Below, piece by piece: positions 48,207 through 58,510 of a stretch of DNA of 64,000 nt (its first letter is position 1; every line of letters starts with the position of its first letter). The notes beneath the pieces are model-generated. The model had not been told where the DNA came from, ran no database searches, and saw nothing but the letters and a program-made list of their open reading frames with translations. The position numbers and the translations under genes are program-made. Source of the DNA: Bacteroidota bacterium (lineage in GTDB: Bacteria; Bacteroidota; Bacteroidia; Chitinophagales; LD1); the NCBI GenBank assembly GCA_026391075.1, contig JAPLES010000023.1:53574-117573 (forward strand), given 5' to 3'.

Positions 48207-50131
48207 ATGGAAGACGAAATTCAATTATTGAAAAATAAACTCAGTTTTCTGAAAGAAATTTCGGCCGAAAAAATTGATGTGATGAATCGTTTAACTTCCT
48301 TGCTACAATCATCGCAACCTAAAGAGGCAGATGAAATTGCTCACCAGGCAATAGTGGAAGCGCAAACTATTGATTATGAAAAAGGTGAAGCTGTAGCACT
48401 TTTAAACGCAGGAATAAATGCTTCTGCCCAACGTAAATTTTCCGCTGCCAGCGATTTTTATAAAACCGCTTTAAAAATTTTTGAAACAAAAGGCGATGAA
48501 ACACAAACCGCAAACGTTCTAGCAAAGCTGGGTAACGTAAATTTATTTGAAGGCAAATATGCCGATGCGCTCGACTACTATAATCGCGCAATTCCAATTC
48601 GCGAAAAATTAAAAGATGAATTAGGAGTGGCTGATTTGTTTTCAAATTCTGCTACCATTCAAGGTCTAACCGGTAATTATCCGCTCGCGCTAAAATATCA
48701 CTTGGCCGCCTTAAAAACTTTTGAAAGATTAAACGAACCCTCACGACAAGCTGCTGCTTACTCTAACATAGGTATCATCTACTACGAACAGCACAATTAC
48801 GATGATGCTCTTATTATGTACGAACGGGCTCTTGAAATTCGGAAACAGACCAATAACCTGAAAGAAGTAAGTGTACTCATGAACAATATGGGTAACGTTT
48901 ATCACGATCAGGGAAAATTTGAAGAAGCAAAACAAACACATGAACTTGCTTTGTCGCTGCGCGAGCAAATTGGAGATAAGGCAAAAGTTGCGGCCTCACT
49001 AAGTAATTTAGGTGATGTGTATAAGGAGCTTAAAGATTATACTGTAGCCCTAAGTTTTTACACAAAAGCAATGGGTCTTTTTGAGGAGGTAAACGAAAAA
49101 CGTGGACTGGTAACTTCCTATTACAATTTAGGTGAGTTGTTTTTTATGCAGCACGATTTTAAACAAGCTCACCATTTTTTAAAAAATGCCATAGCCCTAG
49201 CCGAAGAAACGGGTTTGCGAGATCATTTGCGCGAAGCTTATCAAGACATGGCAAAAATTTTTGCTGAGTGGAAAAATTATGAAGAGGCATATCGTTTTCA
49301 ATTGCGCTTTATAGTTTTGGATAAAGAAATTTCAAATTCAGAAACCAGCAGAATGATGGCGCAATTGACCATGCGTAACGAGATTGAACAAAAAGAAAGA
49401 GCAGCAGAGATTGAACGTGAAAAAAATACCGAACTCACAAAAGCCTACAACGCACTTGATACAGAAAAACAACGTTCGGAAAATTTGCTCTTGAACATTT
49501 TGCCCGAAGAAGTAGCCGAAGAGTTAAAACAAAATGGCAAGGCAACTGCCAAACACTTCGACAACGTAACAGTATTTTTTTCAGACTTTGTTGGGTTTAC
49601 TAAAGTGAGCATGTTGCTAAAGCCACAGGAACTTGTTGACGAATTGCACGAATGTTTTAAAGGGTTCGATGAAATTACTTCGAAGTATTCGATTGAGAAA
49701 ATAAAAACTGTGGGTGATGCTTATCTGGCCGCTGCAGGTCTTCCCATTGCAAATGAAAGTCATTCGGTTGATGTGGTGAATGCTGCTTTAGAAATCAGGG
49801 ACTTTATGCTGAGCAGAAAAAACTTTTGGGTGAAAAAACTTTTGAAGTGCGCATAGGAATTCACAGCGGAAGTGTGGTGGCTGGAATTGTAGGAGTGAAA
49901 AAATTCGCTTACGATATTTGGGGTGATACAGTAAACACTGCAGCACGAATGGAACAAAATTCATTGCCGGGCAAAATCAATATTTCTGAAAGCAGCTATG
50001 AATTGCTCACAGGTGACAGACATCTTGAAGATGTCAGACACCTAAATTTCGAATACCGTGGAGAGATTGAAGCAAAGAACAAAGGAAACCTCAAAATGTA
50101 TTTTGTTGAGCCTTTAACCGGTAAAAAATAA
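48207..50131 (+). CDS. TPR-repeat class III adenylate/guanylate cyclase, interrupted by a -1 frameshift near 49817-49823
   Basis: TPRs, LLNILP, FSDFVGFT and EKIKTVGDAY in ORF 48207-49856; RIGIHSG and YDIWGDTVNTAARME in ORF 49826-50131. Joined product is 641 aa. Confidence 0.88.
50011..50043. repeat. 33-nt palindrome in frame within the cyclase
   Basis: AGGTGACAGACATCTT-g-AAGATGTCAGACACCT (14 of 16 pairs), translated GDRHLEDVRHL. Confidence 0.75.
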
Positions 50132-50222
50132 AGTTAGCGAAATCTGGCTTTTTTTGCAGAGCTGAGGAACAAAGGATTTTTATTTACTAATCGTCAAACA
50201 GAACAGAACTAAAATTCACTAT

Positions 50223-51509
50223 ATGAAAACGAAACTACTTCTTCTTTTAGCAGTATTTTTTTGCAGCAGTTCTTTGTTCAGTCAATCCAGAAGTACGGAG
50301 AGCATTGGCTTCAACGACATTACCGTAATTGAGTTTGCTAAAAACGGTGATATATGGATTGGCTCGAATGGGCAAGGCATAAGCTTTTATAGAGCACAAG
50401 ACCAATCGTTGAGCTATTTTAATAACGATACATCTAAACTGAAAAGCGATTCAATTACATCTATCGGGCTGCTGCCGATTAGTAATAAACTGTATTCCTT
50501 TGTTGGTACAGAAAACGGAGTTTCTGTAACTACTTCTTCAACTTCTAGTTGGTCATTCCTCAGTAATGTGGCAAATAATTCCATTAAAGGACTTTACGTT
50601 GACTCCCCTTCTTTGTGGGTTTTAACTGCAACCAATGGTGCGTTCGTATACAATGTAGATACAACGGCAGCTAACTTCGTAGCAAATCCTCCAAACTCGC
50701 ACTACCAGTTTTCATGCGTACAACATGGCACCAGCGATTGTGATTCGGCTGGTTTCACCGCAGGCACAGTAAACAGTGGAGTGGTTTATACAAAAGATGG
50801 CGCAGGATATGATACTATCAATATGCAACCTCCTCACCAGAAACTTATTGATAATCGCGTGAACGTGGTTATTTGGGATGATAGTTGCAGGGCAAGAATT
50901 GTTGGAACTAAATCAGGCTTTTCTGTTTGCCCTGTTAGACAAGGACATGTTGGTACACCAGCCGATACATGTCATAATTTTATGGCAGGTTATGATGTTA
51001 CATCCATAGTCACAGGATGCGATGGTAAAAAATGGGTAGGCACTACAGTGGGATTATTTACTATAGACCTCTCTGCACAACCACCAACACCTGTTCAGGT
51101 ATCGGGCATTCAGCAAAATCAGCATATAACCACCGTGGCGAAGGATACAGGATGCAATATGCTGGTGGCATTGGAAGGAGACAGCAATTTGTATTTCTTG
51201 AATCCTAATGGTGGCTATTTGGATACGCTGAAAGTAAGCGGCATTAAAAATGTGAATGCAGAAACTTTTTCTGTAAAAATTTATCCTCAACCATCTTCGA
51301 ACCAAATCAATTTTATATCGGAGCCAATGATTAAAAATGGCGAGTTCAGTTTGTTTGATGTTACAGGAAGAACACAACAACAAATCCCTTTAGGAACTAC
51401 AAATCGTTTTGCAACCGATGTAAGTTCGTTGCAAAACGGAATTTATTTCTATCGAATAATTTCTGACAAGCAAATTGTAAAGACTGGAAAAGTGCAAGTG
51501 CTTAAATAA
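50223..51509 (+). CDS. T9SS cargo with two-component-regulator-type propeller repeats
   Basis: GDIWIGS and KKWVGT blades; IYPQPS...LQNGIYFY...GKV CTD. Confidence 0.8.
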   Translation: MKTKLLLLLAVFFCSSSLFSQSRSTESIGFNDITVIEFAKNGDIWIGSNGQGISFYRAQDQSLSYFNNDTSKLKSDSITSIGLLPISNKLYSFVGTENGVSVTTSSTSSWSFLSNVANNSIKGLYVDSPSLWVLTATNGAFVYNVDTTAANFVANPPNSHYQFSCVQHGTSDCDSAGFTAGTVNSGVVYTKDGAGYDTINMQPPHQKLIDNRVNVVIWDDSCRARIVGTKSGFSVCPVRQGHVGTPADTCHNFMAGYDVTSIVTGCDGKKWVGTTVGLFTIDLSAQPPTPVQVSGIQQNQHITTVAKDTGCNMLVALEGDSNLYFLNPNGGYLDTLKVSGIKNVNAETFSVKIYPQPSSNQINFISEPMIKNGEFSLFDVTGRTQQQIPLGTTNRFATDVSSLQNGIYFYRIISDKQIVKTGKVQVLK

Positions 51510-52838
51510 TTACAATTTGCCATTCGCTTTTTTCCATTCTAGTTCTGCCAGCAGAAATGTATAGAGTGATTGCAGGTAATTGAACTCGGTTTCTTTCAAC
51601 GTATTTTCGGCATCTATCACTTCCTGATAAGTAGCAATTGAATTGGTATAACGCACGTTTACTTCTTTAACTACTTCCTCTGCCAGCTTTACATTTTCTT
51701 TTATCAATTGCAGATTGGAAAAAGCATTGGCATAATTTACCGAAGAAGTTTGCAGTTGGTAATTAATGCTGTTGCGAATGGTGCTAATGTTGTTTTCGTT
51801 TTTGCGAATCACCAACTTTTGCTGATTTGCCATTGCCAGTTTTTGAAATCCATCGAAGATGGGAACGTTCACACGCAGTCCGATATAAGAAGTCCAGAAC
51901 CATTTATCCTTTTGAAAAACTTTGTCGTTGTCCAATCCCTGCCCGCCTATGTAACCATAACCACTGATGGTGGGTATGTATCCGTAGTTAATTTTTTTCA
52001 ATTGCATTTTGTTGAGGGATTCCTGCAAAGTTTCAGTTTTCAACTCTATCCGATTTACTTCCGCATTTTTAAAATCAGGATACTCGGGCAAGGTTTCCGA
52101 TTTAATTTCCGAAGGCAAAGCGTCACTTAAATCTAATTGCGCATCAATAGGCAATCCGATAATTTGCGACAGCGATGCTTTCGAAGTCTTCACCGAATCT
52201 TGCGCTACTTTCAATTGATATTTTGCGTTCGAAAAATTCAAGAACGAACGGTTCAATTCTATTTTCAACGCATTGGCATTGTGGTATTTTACTTTAGTAT
52301 CATCATAAGCTTTTTGAAAACGCTCTGCACTTTTTGCGGCTTTTAAAACCCGCTCGTTGTTGAGCAACACCAAATAATAAGCCCGGCTCACATTAATTTT
52401 CAAATCAATCATGGCTTGCTGCAATTGAAAACTTGAAAGTTGTTGCTGTTTTTTCGAATACTGAATATCACTCACCACACCCATATCCAACAAAGGTTGA
52501 TTCAAATCAACACCTGAGGAAACAGCATACTTGGTTCCCTGTTGAATGGTTTTTAATTCATCCTGCTGTGTAACAGGATTCGGAAATTTCAAAACGATTT
52601 GTCCGAGCTTCAGATTGTCGCGCATATCGAAACTGCCATTCAGTTTCGGCAAATATTTTGAAACCGATTCCAGTTTTTTTGCAGAGGAAATTTGCTGGTC
52701 AATTTTATAGTTCTGAAAAGCAGGTTGATTTTGCGAAGCATAATCAATGGCTTCGTATAAACTCATTTTAAAATTTTGCTGTGCCTGTAATAAGGAAACA
52801 GCAACAAGCAGAAGAATGGTGAAAATATTTCTCTTCAT
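51510..52838 (-). CDS. TolC family outer-membrane efflux protein
   Basis: YLPKLNG, NVSRAYY, NVPIFDG; start set at MKRNIF. Confidence 0.9.
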   Translation of the reverse strand: MKRNIFTILLLVAVSLLQAQQNFKMSLYEAIDYASQNQPAFQNYKIDQQISSAKKLESVSKYLPKLNGSFDMRDNLKLGQIVLKFPNPVTQQDELKTIQQGTKYAVSSGVDLNQPLLDMGVVSDIQYSKKQQQLSSFQLQQAMIDLKINVSRAYYLVLLNNERVLKAAKSAERFQKAYDDTKVKYHNANALKIELNRSFLNFSNAKYQLKVAQDSVKTSKASLSQIIGLPIDAQLDLSDALPSEIKSETLPEYPDFKNAEVNRIELKTETLQESLNKMQLKKINYGYIPTISGYGYIGGQGLDNDKVFQKDKWFWTSYIGLRVNVPIFDGFQKLAMANQQKLVIRKNENNISTIRNSINYQLQTSSVNYANAFSNLQLIKENVKLAEEVVKEVNVRYTNSIATYQEVIDAENTLKETEFNYLQSLYTFLLAELEWKKANGKL

Positions 52839-52942
52839 GATGTAAGAATTTGAGAGCCAAACAACGCAACTATTCTTTCTATTTGCCAACCGATTTATCT
52901 GAAACGGATGTTCTTTAACCCGAAGCGTTGTATTAAAAAAGA

Positions 52943-53017
52943 TACGAGGGGCGAAGGGCGAGTGACGAGTGTATGAAATAGTGTCCTTGTATTTCCCTCG
53001 TCCCTCGCTCTTGCCAC
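52943..53017. repeat. inverted degenerate heptamer arrays
   Basis: TACGAGG GGCGAAG GGCGAGT GACGAGT ... CCCTCGT CCCTCGC TCTTGC. Confidence 0.6.
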
Positions 53018-53042
53018 TGAAAAAACTGATTAGTTTTGACTT

Positions 53043-54470
53043 ATGCCAAAAGAAGCCATTAGCGTTTTCGATATTTTTAAAATTGGTGTGGGACCATCCA
53101 GTTCACACACACTTGGTCCATGGCGCGCGGCTGAAAGATTTCTGAAAGAAATTTCGGATGAAAATAAATTGATGGAGATTATCGCAGTAAAAATTGAACT
53201 CTATGGTTCATTGGCAAAAACGGGCAAAGGTCACGGAACCGATATTGCCATTATGCTAGGATTGAGTGGTGAAGATCCGGTGACTTTCGACACTTCATTG
53301 TTACAGAAAAAAGTAGATGCCATAAAGGAGTCAAATAAAATTTTGTTGAGCGGCTTACACAAAATTGATTTCAATTCTGAAACCGATTTGTTATTTCTAA
53401 AAAAAGAATCGCTACCGTTTCATCCGAATGCCATGAAAATTTCTGCAACCTTCAAGGACGGTTCAACGAGAAATGAAATTTACTATTCAGTAGGTGGAGG
53501 ATTTGTAGTGAAGGAAGGTGAAACTTCTTCTTCACAAAAAAATATTTCGTTGAAGTATGACGTGCATGATGCCGATGAGTTGTTGCAGAATTGTATGCGT
53601 GCAGGTTTGAGTATTTCACAATTGGTAATGGAAAATGAAAAGGCATGGCGCAGTGAGAAAGAAACCGTGAATGGCATTTTGAATATCTGGCAAGTAATGA
53701 AAGAGTGTATTTACACTGGCTGCCATCGTTCAGGAATTTTACCGGGAGGATTGAATGTAGTACGCAGAGCGGAGAAGATGAACAATCAGTATTTGAAAAA
53801 TCTGCCTGAAAATAATTTGCAGGAATGGATGGAGCAAATTCGTTCTACCGATAAATCTTTTACAAACACCATGAACTGGATTAGCTGTTTTGCATTGGCG
53901 GTGAACGAAGAGAACGCATCTTTCAGTCGCGTGGTAACAGCGCCAACTAATGGCGCAGCGGGTGTAGTGCCGGCTGTGTTGATGTATTACCATCTTTTTT
54001 GCAACGGCACAAAAGATGAAAACATTGTACAGTTTATTCTCACAGCTGCTGAACTTGGAAGTTTGTTTAAGAAGGGATCTACGATAAGCGCAGCCATGGG
54101 CGGATGCCAGGCTGAGATTGGTGTTTCGAGTGCAATGGCTGCGGGTGCGCTGACTGAATGTTTAGGCGGAAATCCTTCGCAGGTTTTGCAAGCGGCTGAA
54201 ATTGCAATGGAACATCACCTCGGTATGACCTGCGACCCTATTGGGGGATTGGTGCAAATTCCTTGCATTGAACGAAACACCATGGGGGCTATAAAAGCTA
54301 TTACCGCTTCGCAACTTGCATTGCAAAGTGATTCTGATTTGATGAAAATTTCTTTGGACACCGTTATAAAAACTATGTGGGACACGGCAAAAGATATGAG
54401 CGCGAAATACAAGGAAACTGCCGATGGCGGATTAGCCATCAATATTCCTTTGAACGTGCCGGAGTGCTAA
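53043..54470 (+). CDS. sdaA: L-serine ammonia-lyase (Fe-S)
   Basis: [50 protein letters not shown]. Confidence 0.96.
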   Translation: MPKEAISVFDIFKIGVGPSSSHTLGPWRAAERFLKEISDENKLMEIIAVKIELYGSLAKTGKGHGTDIAIMLGLSGEDPVTFDTSLLQKKVDAIKESNKILLSGLHKIDFNSETDLLFLKKESLPFHPNAMKISATFKDGSTRNEIYYSVGGGFVVKEGETSSSQKNISLKYDVHDADELLQNCMRAGLSISQLVMENEKAWRSEKETVNGILNIWQVMKECIYTGCHRSGILPGGLNVVRRAEKMNNQYLKNLPENNLQEWMEQIRSTDKSFTNTMNWISCFALAVNEENASFSRVVTAPTNGAAGVVPAVLMYYHLFCNGTKDENIVQFILTAAELGSLFKKGSTISAAMGGCQAEIGVSSAMAAGALTECLGGNPSQVLQAAEIAMEHHLGMTCDPIGGLVQIPCIERNTMGAIKAITASQLALQSDSDLMKISLDTVIKTMWDTAKDMSAKYKETADGGLAINIPLNVPEC

Positions 54471-55131
54471 ACACTTTTTCAAAAGCAGTGATAAATATTT
54501 TTTTGTACTCGTCCATTGAAATTTCTTCCCCTAATTCTTTTTGAAGTGATGTAGTTTTCTTGCCTGCCAATCCGCATGGAACAATTTTGTCGAAGTAAGT
54601 GAGGTCTGTATTTACGTTTATGGCAATGCCGTGCATAGTAATATTGCGACTTGCTTTCACGCCAATGGCACCAATCTTTCTTTCAGAAGTTCCACTTTTT
54701 GAAAAAGTGGAACTTCTAATCCAAATACCTGCCGCATTTTCAATTCGCTCACCTGTCAGACCAAACTCTTTCAACGATTCAATAATGGTTTCTTCGAGCA
54801 GAAAAATATATTGAGCCAAACCGATGTGTAATAAATCTAAATCAAGAATAGGATAAACTACTAACTGCCCCGGTCCGTGAAAGGTAACATCTCCTCCCCT
54901 ATTCACGTTGTAAAATTCAGCATTCATTTCTTCATCGCTTACTAAAATATTTTCACGCTTGCCGCTTTTACCCAAAGTAAAAACAGGTTCGTGTTCACAA
55001 AGAATTATTGAATCGGTTGTTGACGCACTATTCGTTTTAGCCTCAATATTTTTGTTGAATAGCTGTTCTTGCAACTGAAGAACATCGAGATATTTGGCGA
55101 GACCGAGGTCAATGATTTTAAAAGAAATCAT
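54439..55131 (-). CDS. lipB: lipoyl(octanoyl) transferase
   Basis: [45 protein letters not shown]. Confidence 0.96.
   Translation of the reverse strand: MISFKIIDLGLAKYLDVLQLQEQLFNKNIEAKTNSASTTDSIILCEHEPVFTLGKSGKRENILVSDEEMNAEFYNVNRGGDVTFHGPGQLVVYPILDLDLLHIGLAQYIFLLEETIIESLKEFGLTGERIENAAGIWIRSSTFSKSGTSERKIGAIGVKASRNITMHGIAINVNTDLTYFDKIVPCGLAGKKTTSLQKELGEEISMDEYKKIFITAFEKVFSTPARSKEY
54685..54717. repeat. perfect 33-nt palindrome in frame within lipB
   Basis: AGAAGTTCCACTTTTT-g-AAAAAGTGGAACTTCT, translated [11 protein letters not shown]. Confidence 0.85.
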
Positions 55132-55952
55132 TTCAATTGCTTCAATTGTTCGCGTTGCTTCTTTAGTTCCTTCTTGTACCTGTCGTTAAAATCGCGTCTG
55201 GAAACCAAGCGATAATAAGCCCGTTCCATTTCATTGTTAAGCGTGCGCACCGAAGGAGTAAAATTATCTAAGTAAACACCTTGCACGTATGGAAAAGGAC
55301 GATAGAACTGATGCAAATCTTTGTCGAGAAAAATCAAGCCGCTGTAAGAAGATGGCGATGTAGAGGTTTTCGTGGGAACCTTTTCAGAAATCTTTTTTGC
55401 ACCTCCGTTTTCATACAAATAATTCACACCCCTATCACTAACTGCTTTATTTTCATAATCAGAAAATTCGGAAAATCCTTCCACACTACCGAATTCACAA
55501 AATACAAAAGTAGTGTCGTTGAAAACGATGGAAGAGTCCACTTCCAAATTTTTACTCAAAAACACTTTGTAATTGCCTTCCAAGATTTGTGTAGTTTGAT
55601 TGGCGTAAATGAAAAAAACTCTGCAAAATCTGAACTCATGCTCAAAAGCGTAGAGCAGTTTTTCGTTTTGCATTTTTCGGCTCTCCACAATTTTGTCAGC
55701 AATATCATTTCTTCCTGCTTTACGATATGCCGCCACGCTTTTTTCGTTTGTTTTTAATCGAACAATCACCGCACCGTTTCGCAGATCGCGCAAAGTTTGT
55801 GAAGCCTTATCGCGAAATTTTACAGAATCCTTTTGCGAATTAATAATGGTATAATTCTGTTGTGCAGTATCGGAAAACACTTTCGCTTTCCTTTGCGAAA
55901 AACCTACAAATGCTATTTGTAAAAAAACAATTAGAACTATTGAATGCTTCAT
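55128..55952 (-). CDS. exported hypothetical protein
   Basis: Signal peptide from MKHSIV; lies between coaD and lipB in one operon. Confidence 0.7.
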   Translation of the reverse strand: MKHSIVLIVFLQIAFVGFSQRKAKVFSDTAQQNYTIINSQKDSVKFRDKASQTLRDLRNGAVIVRLKTNEKSVAAYRKAGRNDIADKIVESRKMQNEKLLYAFEHEFRFCRVFFIYANQTTQILEGNYKVFLSKNLEVDSSIVFNDTTFVFCEFGSVEGFSEFSDYENKAVSDRGVNYLYENGGAKKISEKVPTKTSTSPSSYSGLIFLDKDLHQFYRPFPYVQGVYLDNFTPSVRTLNNEMERAYYRLVSRRDFNDRYKKELKKQREQLKQLK

Positions 55953-55956
55953 CTGC

Positions 55957-56424
55957 TTACTTAAAATCTTTTGCAATTTCCTTTGGAACAAATTTACTCA
56001 CCTTACCTTTCCCTCTAATTATTTCGCGAACAATTGTTGACGAAATAGAAGAGAACTCCAATCTTGAAAGAATAAGAATGGTTTCTAACTGCGGAAGCAT
56101 ATCGTGATTCAAGTGCGCAATTGTTTTTTCATATTCAAAATCTCCGGCACTGCGAATTCCTCTGAGCAGATAATTTGCTTTTCTCTTTTCGCAAAAATTT
56201 ACGGTGAGCCCTTCATAGCTTTCCACTTTTACTTTCTTCTCTCCTTTAAAAACGAGTTCTATCCATTTTATTCGCTGCTCAAGTGAATACAAACTTTGCT
56301 TTTGCGAATTGCTTCCAATAGCAATAATTATTTCGTCAAACAGCGGCAAAGCTCGCTTCACAATATCTGCATGGCCTATAGTGATTGGGTCGAATGAACC
56401 GGGAAAGACAGCTATTTTTTTCAT
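55957..56424 (-). CDS. coaD: pantetheine-phosphate adenylyltransferase
   Basis: FPGSFDPITIGH, RGIR, DFEYE, ISSTIVRE. Confidence 0.97.
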   Translation of the reverse strand: MKKIAVFPGSFDPITIGHADIVKRALPLFDEIIIAIGSNSQKQSLYSLEQRIKWIELVFKGEKKVKVESYEGLTVNFCEKRKANYLLRGIRSAGDFEYEKTIAHLNHDMLPQLETILILSRLEFSSISSTIVREIIRGKGKVSKFVPKEIAKDFK

Positions 56425-56483
56425 GGCGTGAAACTAAGGGGATTTCTTCTTTCAGTTGTCATAGAATTGTAAACCAAAAATTG

Positions 56484-57035
56484 TCAATCATTTTTCTCTG
56501 GGTCGTTGGTAAAAACAGAAAAAATTGTTGTACCGTAATTCTTAAACTTGAAAAAGTGCGGATGCTTTTCGAAATTATGATTCGGGTTGTGCTCTAAAAT
56601 AAACCAACCATCACCTTCTACTAAACCATATTGAAAAACCAAATCGGGAATAGTATCCAAATTAGGAAGCGGATAAGGCGGACCGGCAAAAATTACATCA
56701 AACTTCTGATGCGCGGTCTCCATAAATTTGAAAACATCCATTTTCAAAACTTTAATTCCGCTTAAGTTATGCTGCTGAACTGTTCGCTTGATGAAGTCGG
56801 CACAGCGCGGAAAAATTTCCTCCGTTGTTATATCAGTGCAGCCGCGCGAAGAAAACTCGTAGCTGATACTTCCGGTGCCGCCAAACAAATCAAGCACCTT
56901 GATGTTATCGAAATTAAAACTGTTGTTGAGTGTGTTGAACAAACCTTCCTTCGCAAAATCGGTAGTAGGACGAGTAGGAATATTTTTAGGCGGCTCAAAG
57001 CGCACGCTCTTCAGTTTACCACCTATAATTCTCAT
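56484..57035 (-). CDS. rsmD: 16S rRNA m2G966 methyltransferase
   Basis: MRIIGG, RPTTDFAKEGLFN, LDLFGGTG, FAGPPY, YG. Confidence 0.9.
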   Translation of the reverse strand: MRIIGGKLKSVRFEPPKNIPTRPTTDFAKEGLFNTLNNSFNFDNIKVLDLFGGTGSISYEFSSRGCTDITTEEIFPRCADFIKRTVQQHNLSGIKVLKMDVFKFMETAHQKFDVIFAGPPYPLPNLDTIPDLVFQYGLVEGDGWFILEHNPNHNFEKHPHFFKFKNYGTTIFSVFTNDPEKND

Positions 57036-57847
57036 GCGGTTAGGTTGTAGAGATTGAAATGCAAATGCTTAGGAAACACATCGAACGCTTTGGAGAAATG
57101 AATGGCATCGGGTTTCTGAATAAAATTGACGTGGCGAAAATAACGATAACACAAATCGTAAATCTTACTTTGAATATCCACTTCGCCAATGAGCACCAAC
57201 TCCGTTTTCTCTCTGTCAATTTTCAAATCTTCGCAACACTGCAAAACGAAGTAAATAAAATCGCTTGCCGCTTGGTAATCGTAACGATTCATCAGTTGCA
57301 ATTCTTTTGCTTCGTTGAAACGGATAATATCTAAATGCGATTGGTTGACGTTGACAAAAAGTTTTTCTGTAGAGTCAACCAAATATTCAGAAAGCAATTG
57401 AAAGTAAGTAGAGTTGACATGAAGCACTTCGGAAGCAGGAAATAATTTACGAAGCACTTGCAGCAAAGATGCAGCTACTTCAAAAACAAGTTGTGCATCG
57501 CCACAACTTTGCGAAAGTTGTTCGGACTTGTTTATGGTAAACGAAAACTCATTGGGAACCAGCGAATACTTTTCATCTACACCAAGCAACACTTTTGAAA
57601 ACGGAAGCTGGAGAATTTCATCCTTCTCAAAAATCTTTTCTAAACGCTGTGCTAATTCATTGGCGTTAACTACATGATGCAAGGTGTAATCACCAAAAAA
57701 AATTACTTGTCCGTGAGTTTGATTGATTACAAAATATCGAACTGCATTTACTGTAATGCAAATTTTCAAAACCAAAGTAGAAGGAGAAAGACTTGCTTCT
57801 ACTTCGCCAATACTGTTGAATGAATTTTTTATTTGCGCGGGTGCCAT
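57032..57847 (-). CDS. DUF3822 family protein
   Basis: YSLVP, DFIYFVL, YRYFR; position upstream of rsmD typical of Bacteroidota. Confidence 0.8.
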   Translation of the reverse strand: MAPAQIKNSFNSIGEVEASLSPSTLVLKICITVNAVRYFVINQTHGQVIFFGDYTLHHVVNANELAQRLEKIFEKDEILQLPFSKVLLGVDEKYSLVPNEFSFTINKSEQLSQSCGDAQLVFEVAASLLQVLRKLFPASEVLHVNSTYFQLLSEYLVDSTEKLFVNVNQSHLDIIRFNEAKELQLMNRYDYQAASDFIYFVLQCCEDLKIDREKTELVLIGEVDIQSKIYDLCYRYFRHVNFIQKPDAIHFSKAFDVFPKHLHFNLYNLTA

Positions 57848-57938
57848 AAAGCGAAAATAGAATTGTTATGTAAAAAGCATTGATGAATTTACCTTTTACA
57901 ACTAATCGTTTACCGCTAAATTCCTATGTTTGAAAAGT

Positions 57939-58379
57939 ATGAAAAAGTTAGAGTCAAGAAATCCGAATTTTAAAGCCTATGTCGAATTGATGATTTCGCG
58001 CAATAAGTTTATGAATTGGATGGGTTTGGTAATGACAAAAATTGAAGCCGGTTATTTAGAAGGCGAACTTGATTTTAAAGATACACTCGAACAACAAAAC
58101 GGATGGCTGCATGGCGGAGCCACGGCTACTATACTGGATATGATACAAGGATTTGCTTCGTATTCAATGGTTGAAGAAGGGCAAAAAGTTTTTACGGTGG
58201 AAGCAAAGGTTTCGTATTTCAACCCCGGTGATGCACAAAAATTTTATGCGCGCGGTGGCGTTATTAAACCGGGCAAGCGTTTTCATTTTTGCGAAGCAGA
58301 AATTTATTATTTGAAAAACGGAGAAGAAGTAATTGTGGCAAAAGGAAGCGCGACTATGGCAGTGATCACCTCTCCCTAA
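57939..58379 (+). CDS. PaaI family thioesterase
   Basis: QQNGWLHGG...ILD, TVEAKVSYFNP. Confidence 0.9.
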   Translation: MKKLESRNPNFKAYVELMISRNKFMNWMGLVMTKIEAGYLEGELDFKDTLEQQNGWLHGGATATILDMIQGFASYSMVEEGQKVFTVEAKVSYFNPGDAQKFYARGGVIKPGKRFHFCEAEIYYLKNGEEVIVAKGSATMAVITSP

Positions 58380-58508
58380 TCCTCTCCTCCCGCGAAGAAA
58401 CACGGGATGAAACAAAAGGAGAGGGAATAATTCCGTATAAAAATGAAAGAGTTGTTTATTATAAAAAGACAAAACAAGTTCCTCCCCTTCGGGGAGGTTA
58501 GGAGGGGT
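58369..58508. repeat. inverted REP pair; the first copy carries the nested 27-nt element
   Basis: CCTCTCCCTAATCCTCTCC-[TCCCGCGAAGAAACACGGGATGAAACA]-AAAGGAGAGGG and an inverted CCTCCCC-TTC-GGGGAGGTTAGGAGGGG at 58481-58508. Confidence 0.8.
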
Positions 58509-58510
58509 GA

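Noticed and set aside
54439-54470. Convergent 3' overlaps (sdaA/lipB 32 nt; 44906-44933 28 nt)
   Set aside because: Short tail overlaps are ordinary in compact genomes and show no sign of function
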